Below are positions 40,157-50,411 of a stretch of DNA of 64,000 bases, piece after piece. This DNA comes from Candidatus Saccharimonadota bacterium (lineage in GTDB: Bacteria; Patescibacteriota; Saccharimonadia; Saccharimonadales; JAXHNE01), in the NCBI GenBank assembly GCA_034520885.1, contig JAXHNE010000002.1, positions 4,787-68,786 of the forward strand, written 5' to 3'. The notes beneath the pieces are model-generated. The model was given only the letters and a program-made list of their open reading frames with translations. It did not search any database and had not been told where the DNA came from. The position numbers and the translations under genes are program-made. How positions within the stretch are numbered: the stretch's first letter is position 1; each line of letters begins with the position of its first letter.

Positions 40157-40843
40157 CTATTGTACCAGTTTTGCGCTAGCGGTGATGGCCGCGGTTTCTC
40201 CGCGGAGCGTGAAGTCTCCCAAGTGCAAATAAGCCAAGCCGTAATCTTGGAACGACTGTTTTTCCGCGTCCGACCAGCCGCCTTCCGGGCCGATGAGCGC
40301 TCCGGCCGGCGAGCTCATGATATCTTGATTGTCTTCGCCCTGATTGCACACCAACAGCCGGACTTTGTCTTTATAATCCTCCACCGCGGTTTTTAAAAGC
40401 ATCGGCTCGCGGATCGAAGGAATGTCACTGCGCCCGCACTGCTCCGCGGCTTCAATGACGATTCTTTGTGCCCGCTCCATGTTGAATCCCTTCTTTTCGG
40501 AGCGATCCGCTAAAATCGGCACGAAATGGCCGATGCCCAGCTCGGTGCATTTTTGCAAAATCAGTTCGTTGTTGTCCTTTTTTAATAACGAGAAAAACAT
40601 GTACGCGTCCCGCATTGGCACGTGGCGCTGAAAGTCGGTTACCCGCTCCAAATGAGCGGCCGACTTTTCCATTTTGGTAATTTTATATAAGCGCTCGTGC
40701 GCCACGCCATCAAACAACACCACTTCGTTGCCTTCACTTAGCCGTAAAACCTTTTGCCACTGATGCAACAAGGCGGCGTCACGCATCCAGAAACTTTCGC
40801 TGAGCTCTAATTGATCACCAACGTAAAATCTGTGCAGCCGCAC
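40157..40843 (-). CDS. rsmE: 16S rRNA (uracil1498-N3)-methyltransferase
   Basis: MRLHRFYV at the N-terminus and a C-terminal GPEGGWS motif. Confidence 0.9.
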   Translation of the reverse strand: MRLHRFYVGDQLELSESFWMRDAALLHQWQKVLRLSEGNEVVLFDGVAHERLYKITKMEKSAAHLERVTDFQRHVPMRDAYMFFSLLKKDNNELILQKCTELGIGHFVPILADRSEKKGFNMERAQRIVIEAAEQCGRSDIPSIREPMLLKTAVEDYKDKVRLLVCNQGEDNQDIMSSPAGALIGPEGGWSDAEKQSFQDYGLAYLHLGDFTLRGETAAITASAKLVQ

Positions 40844-40877
40844 TTTTTCAAATCCTCCCTACCTATCCAAGACTTAA

Positions 40878-41471
40878 CTAGTTGCCATATTGATAGACGC
40901 CGTCTTCACATTTATCTTCGTAGAGATCATGATATTCATATGACTCGTCGCAAACTTGGTTTATGTTCGACTGGTTCGACCGCGTAGAATTATATCGTGA
41001 GCTTGAGGATCCGTAGTAGATATTCGGTTCCACTTCGTAGCACTTCTCCCCTTGGCTCCAGCTATATTCTGATACGTAAAGACTGCTCGGTGTGTAGTTT
41101 GATTGATAATCACCGTATCCGTATTGGCTTGCGAAACTCCCCGTAAAGCCTCGTAGAACAATGTCCCCGGCACTTAAATTCGGACCGGAAGCGCTGGAGT
41201 AGTTTACGCAAAATCTATATTGGCTGGAAGACTGTCTTTCGAAACTTATTTCTTCGGGTATATCACCGCTGTACGCCTCGGATAATTCGGAAGGAATTGT
41301 CCGTTGCTGACGAACATATTCGTTCAGATCATCCGCAATTTCAACCGCGGTTTCATTGACTTCTTTGTCCCGCTTATATTCAGCCCCCTTAGTGGCAACG
41401 TATGCGAATAAAACCAGTGTCAAGATAGCAACTAAGCCGAGCCCGACGTAGTATTTTTTGATACCGCCCAT
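40878..41471 (-). CDS. membrane-anchored Tyr/Ser-rich hypothetical protein
   Basis: 197-aa ORF with an N-terminal TM. Confidence 0.5.
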   Translation of the reverse strand: MGGIKKYYVGLGLVAILTLVLFAYVATKGAEYKRDKEVNETAVEIADDLNEYVRQQRTIPSELSEAYSGDIPEEISFERQSSSQYRFCVNYSSASGPNLSAGDIVLRGFTGSFASQYGYGDYQSNYTPSSLYVSEYSWSQGEKCYEVEPNIYYGSSSSRYNSTRSNQSNINQVCDESYEYHDLYEDKCEDGVYQYGN

Positions 41472-41472
41472 A

Positions 41473-42069
41473 TTATCGACTCATCCGGTGTTCATCAAAC
41501 CAATAATAAGTGAACATGCCACCCCACACGAGGACAAACATGAATGCGCTGGCAATGGTTTTGCCTAAGTCATCGCTTTCACCGCCAATTGCCGCGAGTA
41601 AGCTGGCGACGATTCCCAACAACGCGAAGAAAATAACCGCGAACGAAATGATTTGGGTGATTTGCGTAAAACGCCGCTTGGATGATTCCGCCCGTAGTGA
41701 CGGATCCGCTAATTCCGCCTTTTTTAATCTTATAAAAAACAAAGCGAACACGGGAAGACTTACTATCAAAAGTGCCAACGGAGCGGATAGTGCTACAAAA
41801 CCGGTAGAACCGTTTACCAAAGCGACTAACACCCAGTTCACCGCAACGGCGATGGCCCAAAGCATAAAGGTCATAATAGCGTATTCGACACCGCGAATAC
41901 TCCACACCTTCACGACCGGAACCGATTCTTTATTATTACTATTGGCCGATTTGCTGAGTTCACTCCTCATACTACCCTGCATCGGAGCACTCACTGATTG
42001 AGGCCGTACGGATGGCGCCGCTGCCACCTGCCCATCATTGCTGGGTGGGACTTGATTTTGATCATGCAT
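41473..42069 (-). CDS. hypothetical multi-pass membrane protein
   Basis: I prefer the ATG at 42069 (MHDQNQ...), preceded by AAAGGAAAG. About 4 TM helices. Confidence 0.5.
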   Translation of the reverse strand: MHDQNQVPPSNDGQVAAAPSVRPQSVSAPMQGSMRSELSKSANSNNKESVPVVKVWSIRGVEYAIMTFMLWAIAVAVNWVLVALVNGSTGFVALSAPLALLIVSLPVFALFFIRLKKAELADPSLRAESSKRRFTQITQIISFAVIFFALLGIVASLLAAIGGESDDLGKTIASAFMFVLVWGGMFTYYWFDEHRMSR

Positions 42070-42171
42070 CTGCTTTCCTTTCATAAGTAAAGCTATTATT
42101 ATGCCGGAGATTATAGACAAAGGATAAGCATGAAGCAACTGCTAACGGGTATGCCAGGTTCCGCTCGTCCT

Positions 42172-44313
42172 CTAGCCGGCTTTGTGTGGTTGTGGAAACG
42201 TTGCGTGCGTCGCCTTCCCTTGCCGGCTAAGTTTGTACCTTTGATGATGTCCGTGGTGGCGGACCATTAATACGACACCCGCGCCCAAGCCGATCAGCGC
42301 CGCGCCGCCCCCGATATATGCCAAAAGCGGCGTATCGCCGGCATCGCGCCCTTCGGCAATGGCTTGTTCGGCGTTAGCGATATAGGTGTCCGCCAGGCGG
42401 TGCGCCGGGAAGGCTTCATCCACCTTTTTGAACTCTACCAGCGCGTCGGAAAATTGGTTTTGGGCGTATAAATCCAACCCCTTTTCCCAGTCAATTTGCA
42501 CCGATCCGTCATGGGTGAAATTAACGTCGTTGTCCGACGCTACGGCCCGGAGATCCTCGATGGCGCGAATGTAGCTTTTGGCCGCGTCCTGGCGGGTTTC
42601 ACTTTTAAACCGATAAGTCAGCAACCCGAAAGCCTGCCCGTCCGGCGTAAGTGCCGGCCCGCCGCTATTGCCGCTGGAGGCGTCGGCATCGGACTGATAC
42701 AGCGTGTAGCGCCCACCCGCGGATTGGCGGATCGCACTAATGGAACCGTTGGTGACGGTGGTGTTGAGCGCCGTATTGTCGGTCAATAAATTGTCGGCGT
42801 CCCCCGGAAAGCCAAGCAGCGCCACGGCCATATTTTGCGTGACCGTGCCGTTGAACAATTCTATGAACGGCGTGTCGCTGACCGGCGCTTTTAGGAGCGC
42901 CACGTCGCTGGAGCTGAATCCGGCTTCGTCCCCGGAACTCACCACGTACAAATCCTTGCTGGAATAATCGGAACCTATCATTTGCGCTTTCACCAGACTG
43001 TCGCTATTGAGGCGGTTTTGCAGCCGTGAAATTTCCGCGCGGCCATTGATTTCCAGCGGCTCATCGCCAAGGGCAACGAAGTAGGTATGGGATTCGTTTT
43101 GCAGCTGTATGGCGTTTTTGGGCAGCTCGTAAATCTCCGCGATGAGCGAAGCCAAAAGCGTAGGCCGGTCCCGCAAAGAACTCACCTGTTGTTCGCTCAT
43201 GCCCACGACTTGCGTCAAAAAACTACTCAGGGTTTGCGGATTACTCAGCAAGACGCTCACGAAGGCGTCCTCCGCGGAATATTCCACCACGTGTCCATTG
43301 GTGGCAACGTGCCCGCGGGAAGACACCAAAAACCCGCTCCCGGTATTAAAGTTACAGTTTTGCCCACCGACTTTCTGATCAAAAGCCACCAGCGTGCCGC
43401 AGGTCGCATGGTAGATTTTCACGACCGCGGGCGAGACGCGCTCAATTCCGTACTGATCGGTGGTTTGCGCCGCGGCTTTATTGTTCCAGAGTCCGCTTGC
43501 CACGGTATCCACGCCCAGAACGCTTCCCTGGACGTTCGCCGAGCCAATACGGAGCGTGTTGAATACGTCGTCGAACGCCGCGGGAACGGTGGCACTCCCT
43601 ATCAGCCCGCGCAAATGCACGTTAAAAGCCCGGTCACCCTGAACACCGATCCACTGCACGGAGTAAGTGGGCGCTAATCGGCTTTGGTTCACTGGAACGT
43701 AGCGATACGTCCGTTTTATAACTTCCGCTCCGCCCAGTGTGGTTTCGGATTCGTCGGTAAGCTCGGTTTGAAAGCCCTCTTCTTCGGCCAGTGGATACAA
43801 CTGCACGGCGACCCGCGAATCGGACACGCTATCCGGTGCGGCTTGGCGAGCCGACGTAAACTCCTTCTGGTCTTCGTTAACGTCCACGGAAAGCCGGGCG
43901 GCGCCGTCACGCAAAAAGCTTCCCTTAAAATGCGGCCGTAGGGTAATCGAACTGATCGGCTCAACGCCTTCCGTTTCGGATGCGTGATCCTCCACGGTTT
44001 CCCGGTAAACCTCTAGTAATTCTTTATCGTAGGCGAACGAAAACCCGTAAGACGAGCGCACGGCGGCGACTCGTGACTCCGCTTTGTCGGTACCGTGCGC
44101 ACCGGTCGTCGATGAACTACGTGGCTGCGTTTTACCAAAATACACCCCCAACTGAAACATCGACAGAGCCCCAAAAAATATTGCCAGCAGCAATAAACCG
44201 ACGTGCCGCACCCGGAACGGTTTGTGGTGTTTCTTGCGCTGGGCATAGTCGCGCCGATGCCGTGCGTGCCGGGGCTTTTGTTCGTGATGATAACTTTTTT
44301 TGCTTTTTCTCAC
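42172..44313 (-). CDS. membrane-anchored trypsin-like (S1C) serine protease with C-terminal helical-repeat region and a second TM
   Basis: GSGFLVSSRGHVATNGHVV (His region) and DADASSGNSGGPAL (Ser region), with TM helices near both ends. Confidence 0.75.
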   Translation of the reverse strand: MRKSKKSYHHEQKPRHARHRRDYAQRKKHHKPFRVRHVGLLLLAIFFGALSMFQLGVYFGKTQPRSSSTTGAHGTDKAESRVAAVRSSYGFSFAYDKELLEVYRETVEDHASETEGVEPISSITLRPHFKGSFLRDGAARLSVDVNEDQKEFTSARQAAPDSVSDSRVAVQLYPLAEEEGFQTELTDESETTLGGAEVIKRTYRYVPVNQSRLAPTYSVQWIGVQGDRAFNVHLRGLIGSATVPAAFDDVFNTLRIGSANVQGSVLGVDTVASGLWNNKAAAQTTDQYGIERVSPAVVKIYHATCGTLVAFDQKVGGQNCNFNTGSGFLVSSRGHVATNGHVVEYSAEDAFVSVLLSNPQTLSSFLTQVVGMSEQQVSSLRDRPTLLASLIAEIYELPKNAIQLQNESHTYFVALGDEPLEINGRAEISRLQNRLNSDSLVKAQMIGSDYSSKDLYVVSSGDEAGFSSSDVALLKAPVSDTPFIELFNGTVTQNMAVALLGFPGDADNLLTDNTALNTTVTNGSISAIRQSAGGRYTLYQSDADASSGNSGGPALTPDGQAFGLLTYRFKSETRQDAAKSYIRAIEDLRAVASDNDVNFTHDGSVQIDWEKGLDLYAQNQFSDALVEFKKVDEAFPAHRLADTYIANAEQAIAEGRDAGDTPLLAYIGGGAALIGLGAGVVLMVRHHGHHQRYKLSRQGKATHATFPQPHKAG

Positions 44314-44406
44314 ATCCGGGAGTCCGCTTTATCAGTTGCTACTCCTTAAATAATAGCAACCCGCGCTTATGCTTGCAAAAACGCTTTTCGCGTACCGATT
44401 ATCGAG

Positions 44407-45348
44407 TCAGACGAAAAAGATGAGCGACAAGACGACCAGCAACGTCGCCTGCAAGACAACGATCACCTTTTCAGCGGCTATAAAGTCCTTACCCAGCGAG
44501 CCGGATTTAGTAATTTGCTGCCGATGCACTTGCCCGAGCGCCAGGTAAGCCAAAAATCCGGCGGCCAACAAGGCATAGACGGAGGCGCTCAAAGTAACGA
44601 ACCCGTACAGGTAAGTGTGTAAAATGCTGATACCGATGATAACCCATGGCAAAAGCAGTGCTTCGATGGCGATTTTTTGTTTCAGCCTCGTACTGCGACC
44701 GATCAAGTTATAACGATCGGTCAAATACCCCAAGACGGCGGTAAATGCCGGAATGCTCGCCAAAAGAAGCAGCGTCATAACGTCGCGCACGCCGACCGCC
44801 GCGGCGATCACCGCGATAACCAACGGGCCGAAAACCGCGTGTTCTACCCAGTTCAAACTGGTAAATTTATTCTTTACTTGCGCGCTATAACGAGCGAATA
44901 ACCTTGTCGATAAAGCGGCGTGCCATAAAGCTCCGGCAATCAACACGCCCGCTGCCACGTACAACAGGTTAACCGCGAACAATTCGGTGGCCGCCGGCAA
45001 AAGCGATCCGGTTTCGGTCAAAGTATTCTCCGCCAGGTAGCTGGAGTTAATTCCCACCACCGCGTCATTGCCGTAGCTAAATAAGAATCCGGCCAACACG
45101 GCCATTAATAATCCTAAGAACACGTGCAGTTTTTTAAGCTGCATGAACGCGTCTTTTACGGGCGCGGTTTTTTTGCCCTTGGCCGTAGCCGCTGATTTTT
45201 TAGCGGTCGTTTTGGCCGTAGTTTTCTTGGCCGCCGTTTTCTTGGCGGGTTTTTTAGTGGATTTACGAGCCGTGCTCGCCCTGGAAGTCTTGGTCTTCGT
45301 TTTGGTCGTTGTTTTCGCTTTACTCGGTTGTTTCTTACTTGTAGCCAT
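44407..45348 (-). CDS. heliorhodopsin-like 7-TM protein with Lys/Ala/Thr-rich N-terminal tail
   Basis: Seven predicted TM helices. RYSAQVKNKFTSLNWVEHAV and LPWVIIG resemble heliorhodopsin segments as I remember them. The start is ATG 45348; the ORF-track extension to 45591 is spurious. Confidence 0.55.
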   Translation of the reverse strand: MATSKKQPSKAKTTTKTKTKTSRASTARKSTKKPAKKTAAKKTTAKTTAKKSAATAKGKKTAPVKDAFMQLKKLHVFLGLLMAVLAGFLFSYGNDAVVGINSSYLAENTLTETGSLLPAATELFAVNLLYVAAGVLIAGALWHAALSTRLFARYSAQVKNKFTSLNWVEHAVFGPLVIAVIAAAVGVRDVMTLLLLASIPAFTAVLGYLTDRYNLIGRSTRLKQKIAIEALLLPWVIIGISILHTYLYGFVTLSASVYALLAAGFLAYLALGQVHRQQITKSGSLGKDFIAAEKVIVVLQATLLVVLSLIFFV

Positions 45349-45578
45349 AATGAATGAACTATAGCATATTCCAGCTGATATAATAATAGTATGGTGCAAA
45401 GAGCTGAATGGAGGGATGCCGTGAACTACGCACGTGAGCATAGTTTGGCAGTTCTTCGCGAGCATCGTAAAAGAGGCGTACTTAACGGTACGGTGACTGC
45501 GAAGCGCAGAGAAAACTGGCAAAATATGCCACGAACAGCAACAGCACCACATGCTTGGCATGTGGGCAGGATGCTGTG

Positions 45579-46112
45579 ATGCGTAGTTCACAGGTCGCTA
45601 CTTTGGCCGGTGGTTGTTTTTGGTGCTTGGACGCGATTTTCCGCCAAACCAAAGGGGTAAAATCCGTTCAAAGCGGTTTTAGCGGCGGCCATGTTGAAAA
45701 CCCTAGCTACATGCAAACGCATGATGAAGACACCGGCCACGCCGAAGCCGTACAAATCGAGTTTAACCCTGACGTCATTAGCTACGAAACGATCTTACGA
45801 ATATTTTGGACGAGCCATAACCCCACCACGCTCAACCGTGATGGCGCCAACGTCGGGCCGGAGTACCGAAGCGAGGTGTTCTATCACGACGAAACCCAGC
45901 GCAAAACCGCGGAGAACGTACTACGTGACTACGCCGAAAAACTGTGGGACGATCCCATCGTCACCAAAATTACCAAGTACAAAAACTTCTACCCCGCCGA
46001 AGAACATCACCAGGATTATTTTAATAAAAACCCACAGGCCGGCTACTGCCAAGTCATCATCAACCCCAAAATCACTAAGTTCAAGGAAAAATTCAAGGAC
46101 TATTTAATCTAG
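45579..46112 (+). CDS. msrA: peptide methionine (S)-S-oxide reductase
   Basis: Active-site GGCFWC motif and the size of the MsrA family. Confidence 0.9.
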   Translation: MRSSQVATLAGGCFWCLDAIFRQTKGVKSVQSGFSGGHVENPSYMQTHDEDTGHAEAVQIEFNPDVISYETILRIFWTSHNPTTLNRDGANVGPEYRSEVFYHDETQRKTAENVLRDYAEKLWDDPIVTKITKYKNFYPAEEHHQDYFNKNPQAGYCQVIINPKITKFKEKFKDYLI

Positions 46113-47621
46113 CTTCACTTCGGGATAGATTGATTTGGTGACTTCGTCGGTTTCGCGGCGTAAGTTAGGAAATGGCACGCCTTCGCGGGCGCTGACGCCT
46201 TCGAACTGCCAAAACACCCGTTCCGAAAACCCAAGACCACAGGATGGCGGCATACCGTATTCCAGCATTTCCACGTAGTCAATATCTAACATTTGCGCTT
46301 CGTCATCACCGGCATCGCGCATAGTTTGCTGTTCTTGAAAGCGCTGCAATTGATCAATTGGGTCGTTTAATTCGCTCCACCCGTTACATAATTCACTTCC
46401 CATAATCACCGCTTGAAAACGCTGTACATAATCCGTACTTTCGTCGCTCATTTTGCTCAGCGGTGAAATAAACGTCGGCGTATTGATCAACCACACCGGG
46501 CCGACCACGTCTTTGCGGATATTCTTCCAGAGCTTGTCTATTCCACGGGGAATGTTGTCGGTTTTTTCGACTTCTAGTTTATTTTCTTTTAATTTGGCGG
46601 CAACTTGCTCAATCGTACAATTAAACACGTCGATGCCGTACTCTTTTTTAATCACTTCCGCGTAGTCCCACTGCTCCCATTTTTGAGACATGTCAACAGT
46701 CTGTCCTTTAAACTCAAAAGTCAGCCTGCCAAAAGCGGCCTGCAATACGTCCTTGAACATACGTTCCATCATGCCCATGCCGTCTTCCCAGTCAGCGTAA
46801 GCCCAATACCACTCCATAGCGATGTGTTCTGGGAGGTGTTCTTCGCTGTAGTTTTCGTTCCGAAACCGCGGACCGATGTCATATACTTTTTCGTACCCCG
46901 CGCCGATTAAACGTTTGAGCGGTAATTCGTGGGAAATTCGCAAATAGAAATCCTCGCCCAAAGCGTCCATGTGCGTCACGAACGGGGTGGCATCGGCGCC
47001 GCCAGTAGTGTGTTCCAGCACCGGCGTGTTGATTTCGATAAAACCATCGTTGTTTAAGAAGTCACGCGTAGCTTGCCAAAATTTGCTGCGACGGATGAAC
47101 CGTTCGCGCACTTCGTCGTTGACGTTCATGTCCACGTAACGGCGGCGCAAGCGTTGTTCTTTATCGGTAAATCCGTCCTGCTCGGTAGGGAGTGGCCGCA
47201 AACTTTTGGCCAAAAGCCGCAATTTTTTGCAATTTACGGATATTTCCCCGGTTTGGGTTTTAATGATTTCCCCACTGCACTGCACGAAATCACCACTATC
47301 TAGCAGCGTAATTTCATCCGGCATTATTAGTTCGGAGTTACTCCGGTCGGCTTCAGTAGAGGGTTCGCCTTTACGAATGAATAACTGCAACTCGCCTTGG
47401 TCGTCCTTAATAACAATGAAAGCCAGTTTGCCGAACTTACGAATGGATTTAATACGGCCGACCACCGTCGCGGACTGCCCTTCCAGCTCACTAAAGTTAT
47501 CCGTGATTTCTCGTAGCTTATGCGTGCGTGTGGAACCGGCCGGATACGGATTAACACCCAAATTCCGAATATCTTCCAGTTTGCGCAGTCGTTCGTCTCT
47601 AAGTTCTTTTAGTGTCGCCAT
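46104..47621 (-). CDS. lysS: lysine--tRNA ligase (class II)
   Basis: 505 aa with an OB anticodon-binding domain followed by class II core motifs (FLRISHELPLKRL, GLGFSER). Confidence 0.95.
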   Translation of the reverse strand: MATLKELRDERLRKLEDIRNLGVNPYPAGSTRTHKLREITDNFSELEGQSATVVGRIKSIRKFGKLAFIVIKDDQGELQLFIRKGEPSTEADRSNSELIMPDEITLLDSGDFVQCSGEIIKTQTGEISVNCKKLRLLAKSLRPLPTEQDGFTDKEQRLRRRYVDMNVNDEVRERFIRRSKFWQATRDFLNNDGFIEINTPVLEHTTGGADATPFVTHMDALGEDFYLRISHELPLKRLIGAGYEKVYDIGPRFRNENYSEEHLPEHIAMEWYWAYADWEDGMGMMERMFKDVLQAAFGRLTFEFKGQTVDMSQKWEQWDYAEVIKKEYGIDVFNCTIEQVAAKLKENKLEVEKTDNIPRGIDKLWKNIRKDVVGPVWLINTPTFISPLSKMSDESTDYVQRFQAVIMGSELCNGWSELNDPIDQLQRFQEQQTMRDAGDDEAQMLDIDYVEMLEYGMPPSCGLGFSERVFWQFEGVSAREGVPFPNLRRETDEVTKSIYPEVKLD

Positions 47622-47650
47622 ACCTGCAAGTGTACCCCAAGAACGTCTTC

Positions 47651-48112
47651 TTAGCTAATATCGTCGATTTTGTAGGTAACCGTTTCAGCGGGCGTTTTAA
47701 TCTCTACGTCATCACCCAGTTTTTTGCCCATAAGCGCTTGCCCGATTGGCGATTCGTCGGAAATCCGGCCGTTCATGGGGTCGGCTTCCACCGTGCCCAC
47801 GACTTCGAACTCTTTGGTCTTGCCATTGGATTTAAGTTTTACCTTGGAGCCAAGCTGTACTTTTTTGGCGCCGTCCTTGGGCTTTTCGATCACTTCCATA
47901 TTTTGTAGGATTTGCTCGATTTCTGCGATGCGCGCTTCGTTCTTACCCTGTTCTTCGCGAGCGGCGGCGTACTCGGCATTTTCGCTTAAATCCCCGAATT
48001 CACGGGCGGTTTTAATGCGATCGGCAATTTCGCCGCGCTTCGCGGTAAGTTCGTCCAATTCTTTTTTGAGCTCTTCCACACCTTCTGCGGTCAGATGAAA
48101 CTGTTTATTCAT
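47651..48112 (-). CDS. greA: transcription elongation factor GreA
   Basis: LTAEGVEELKKELDEL..., REFGDLSENAEYAAAREEQ, and C-terminal ISDESPIGQALMGKKLGD. Confidence 0.95.
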   Translation of the reverse strand: MNKQFHLTAEGVEELKKELDELTAKRGEIADRIKTAREFGDLSENAEYAAAREEQGKNEARIAEIEQILQNMEVIEKPKDGAKKVQLGSKVKLKSNGKTKEFEVVGTVEADPMNGRISDESPIGQALMGKKLGDDVEIKTPAETVTYKIDDIS

Positions 48113-48192
48113 CGGTCATCTCCTTCGCCTTGGTTGGTTATGTGTTTTACTTACACGCCCCCATTGTATCAAAAAATGTTCGCACGGACGGG

Positions 48193-49455
48193 TTAGGCAA
48201 GCTTTTGGTTCAGTCCGTCGCCGTTTATGAACTCGGCGTCTTTTGAAGTTCGATATTTATACTCTATATGAGATTTTTCCAAAGTTTTTTGGCTGATTAC
48301 TACGCGATGCGGGATGCCCATTAAGTCGGCATCGGCAAACTTTTGCCCGGGCCGTACGTCGCGGTCGTCATACAGTACCGAAATTCCTTGGTTTTGCAAA
48401 GTTTCGTATAACTCGTTTGCCGCTTTTACTACGTTTTCGTCGGTCCCCAGCGACGCGAGATACACGCGAAACGGCGCGATATTGTCGGGCCATACCAACC
48501 CGTTATCGTCGGAGAACTTTTCGGCAATGACTCCCATAACCCGGGTCACACCGATTCCGTAAGACCCCAAGTGAACGAACTGTTTTTCACCACTCGGATT
48601 CGTAAAGGCGAAGTCCATTTGCTCGCTCTTTTGCGTCCCGAAGTTGAAGATATTCCCCACTTCCGCGGCGGTCACTTCTTCCAGCTCATCCCGCGTGACA
48701 CCCAGTTTTTGCATGGTTTCGTCATTTAACACCTCTTCGTTGATGGCGATGTTTTTCTTGCGGTTTACGTAAATAGTGTCTTCCCCCGCATCGCACAACG
48801 TCTGGAATTCGTGGCTGAACTGAGTAAAGGCGCCGCCGCTGGCGAACGTCACGTAGGTATCCTCGCCTATTCCTAAGCGTTCGTACACTTTGTTATAGGC
48901 CTCGATAGTCGCTTGGTAAAACTTCTCGTGTTCATCTTCGTCCGTACTGCAAGAATACATGTCTTTCATGACGAATTCCCGGCCGCGCATAATACCGCTT
49001 TTGGCGCGCAGTTCATTGCGTAATTTAGTTTGGAACTGATACACGTTGGCGGGGACGTCTTTATAGCTGGCGATGTGATGTTTCATCATCTCCACGATAG
49101 GTTCCTCGTGACTCCAGCCGAACCCGACTTCGCTTTCGTCCTGCAGCTTGGATTTGAACCAGACGTCGACCTTTTCATCATCCCAGCGATCCGTCGACTC
49201 CCACACTTCCTTGGGTTGCAGCGAGGTCATGAGCAGCTCCTGCCCGCCCACGGCGTTCATTTCTTCGCGTACGATTTGCTTGATATTTTCCACCACGCGC
49301 AGACCCAGCGGCAAAAAAGCGTACACGCCGGCCATTTCCTTGTTGATATACCCGGCCTGAATCAGCAGCTGAGCGTTCCGCGCGGTTTCGTCCGCGGGAT
49401 GATCCTTACGGGTTTTGGTAAATAATTGTGTTCGTCTTATGGATTGCATTGTCAT
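48193..49455 (-). CDS. proS: proline--tRNA ligase (short form without editing insertion)
   Basis: 420 aa with N-terminal QLLIQAGYINKEMAGVYAFLPLGLRV and class II motifs. Confidence 0.9.
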   Translation of the reverse strand: MTMQSIRRTQLFTKTRKDHPADETARNAQLLIQAGYINKEMAGVYAFLPLGLRVVENIKQIVREEMNAVGGQELLMTSLQPKEVWESTDRWDDEKVDVWFKSKLQDESEVGFGWSHEEPIVEMMKHHIASYKDVPANVYQFQTKLRNELRAKSGIMRGREFVMKDMYSCSTDEDEHEKFYQATIEAYNKVYERLGIGEDTYVTFASGGAFTQFSHEFQTLCDAGEDTIYVNRKKNIAINEEVLNDETMQKLGVTRDELEEVTAAEVGNIFNFGTQKSEQMDFAFTNPSGEKQFVHLGSYGIGVTRVMGVIAEKFSDDNGLVWPDNIAPFRVYLASLGTDENVVKAANELYETLQNQGISVLYDDRDVRPGQKFADADLMGIPHRVVISQKTLEKSHIEYKYRTSKDAEFINGDGLNQKLA

Positions 49456-49580
49456 CTCTTTCTTGTGCGAGTAAATTTTATAAAAAAACGGTTAAAGAAT
49501 ATTTAAACTGCACCGCTACGCGGCATGAGTCCTCGCACGACTTTGTTGACCCGACCGTAATTCATACCCGTATTTTAAAC

Positions 49581-50399
49581 TCAGGCCACTTTGAATACAA
49601 ATACCAAAGTAAAGGCCACCAAGTTTTTAATGCCGTGTAAGAAAATGGCCGGCCATAAGCTTTTGCTTTGTTCACGCAAATACACCAACACGCCGGAGAG
49701 CGCGAAGGTATCTATGGCCGCCGCCCAATTCAAAGGATTCTCCCCGCCCCACTCCAGGTGCGCCGCCGCAAACACTAACGACACGATCAACATGGTCATG
49801 GGGAGTTTCAACTTTTTACGAAGCCCGGTAAACAGGACGCCGCGCATCAGCACTTCTTCGTAAAAGGCCGGTAAAATGACCAGACAGAACCCGATAATCC
49901 ATAGTGAAGCGCCGGTGGCCATGCGGTCGAACCCCAACTGCTGTGGCTGATCCAAGTCCACCTGGGGAACGAACAATCCCACGATAAAAGTCACCGACAA
50001 AAACAATAAAAAGTACCAACCGTACCCAATGAGCGCCTGCCCGAAATAACCCGGCCGCGGTTTGTTCAGCCCGATTTGCCGCCAGGACGTAGCGGTAATT
50101 TTCAACAACCCCCACACCATCAGGAACACCAAAGCGACGATCAGGGTAATCAAAACGCTTTGGGCGAGCAAACTGTCCTGAAAAGCTTCGAATGCTTGGC
50201 GGGAGCTACTGCCACCCACGACTTTCGCGGCAATGTAAATATTAATGGCCACTACCTGAGCGGCAAAATAAATGAATAGTACGCTGAGCACGGAAGTAAT
50301 CGGCGTTAATCCGAATACGGGAGTGCGCGGTTTTTTTGCCGGATTTTTTTCCGGCTTTTTTATGTCCCGTTCGTTTCCGGTGTTTTTTAGTTCACTCAT
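49581..50399 (-). CDS. CPBP family intramembrane glutamic endopeptidase
   Basis: EEVLMRGVLF, AAAHLEW and FLHGIKN motifs in a multi-TM protein. Confidence 0.8.
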   Translation of the reverse strand: MSELKNTGNERDIKKPEKNPAKKPRTPVFGLTPITSVLSVLFIYFAAQVVAINIYIAAKVVGGSSSRQAFEAFQDSLLAQSVLITLIVALVFLMVWGLLKITATSWRQIGLNKPRPGYFGQALIGYGWYFLLFLSVTFIVGLFVPQVDLDQPQQLGFDRMATGASLWIIGFCLVILPAFYEEVLMRGVLFTGLRKKLKLPMTMLIVSLVFAAAHLEWGGENPLNWAAAIDTFALSGVLVYLREQSKSLWPAIFLHGIKNLVAFTLVFVFKVA

Positions 50400-50411
50400 T
50401 GCGATTCGCCC

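Noticed and set aside
45349-45591. N-terminal 81-codon extension of the heliorhodopsin-like ORF (the ORF-track start at 45591)
   Set aside because: The extension is Cys/His-rich nonsense overlapping the msrA upstream region and the hairpin motif. The Lys-rich tail begins at ATG 45348, which has a -10-like box just upstream.
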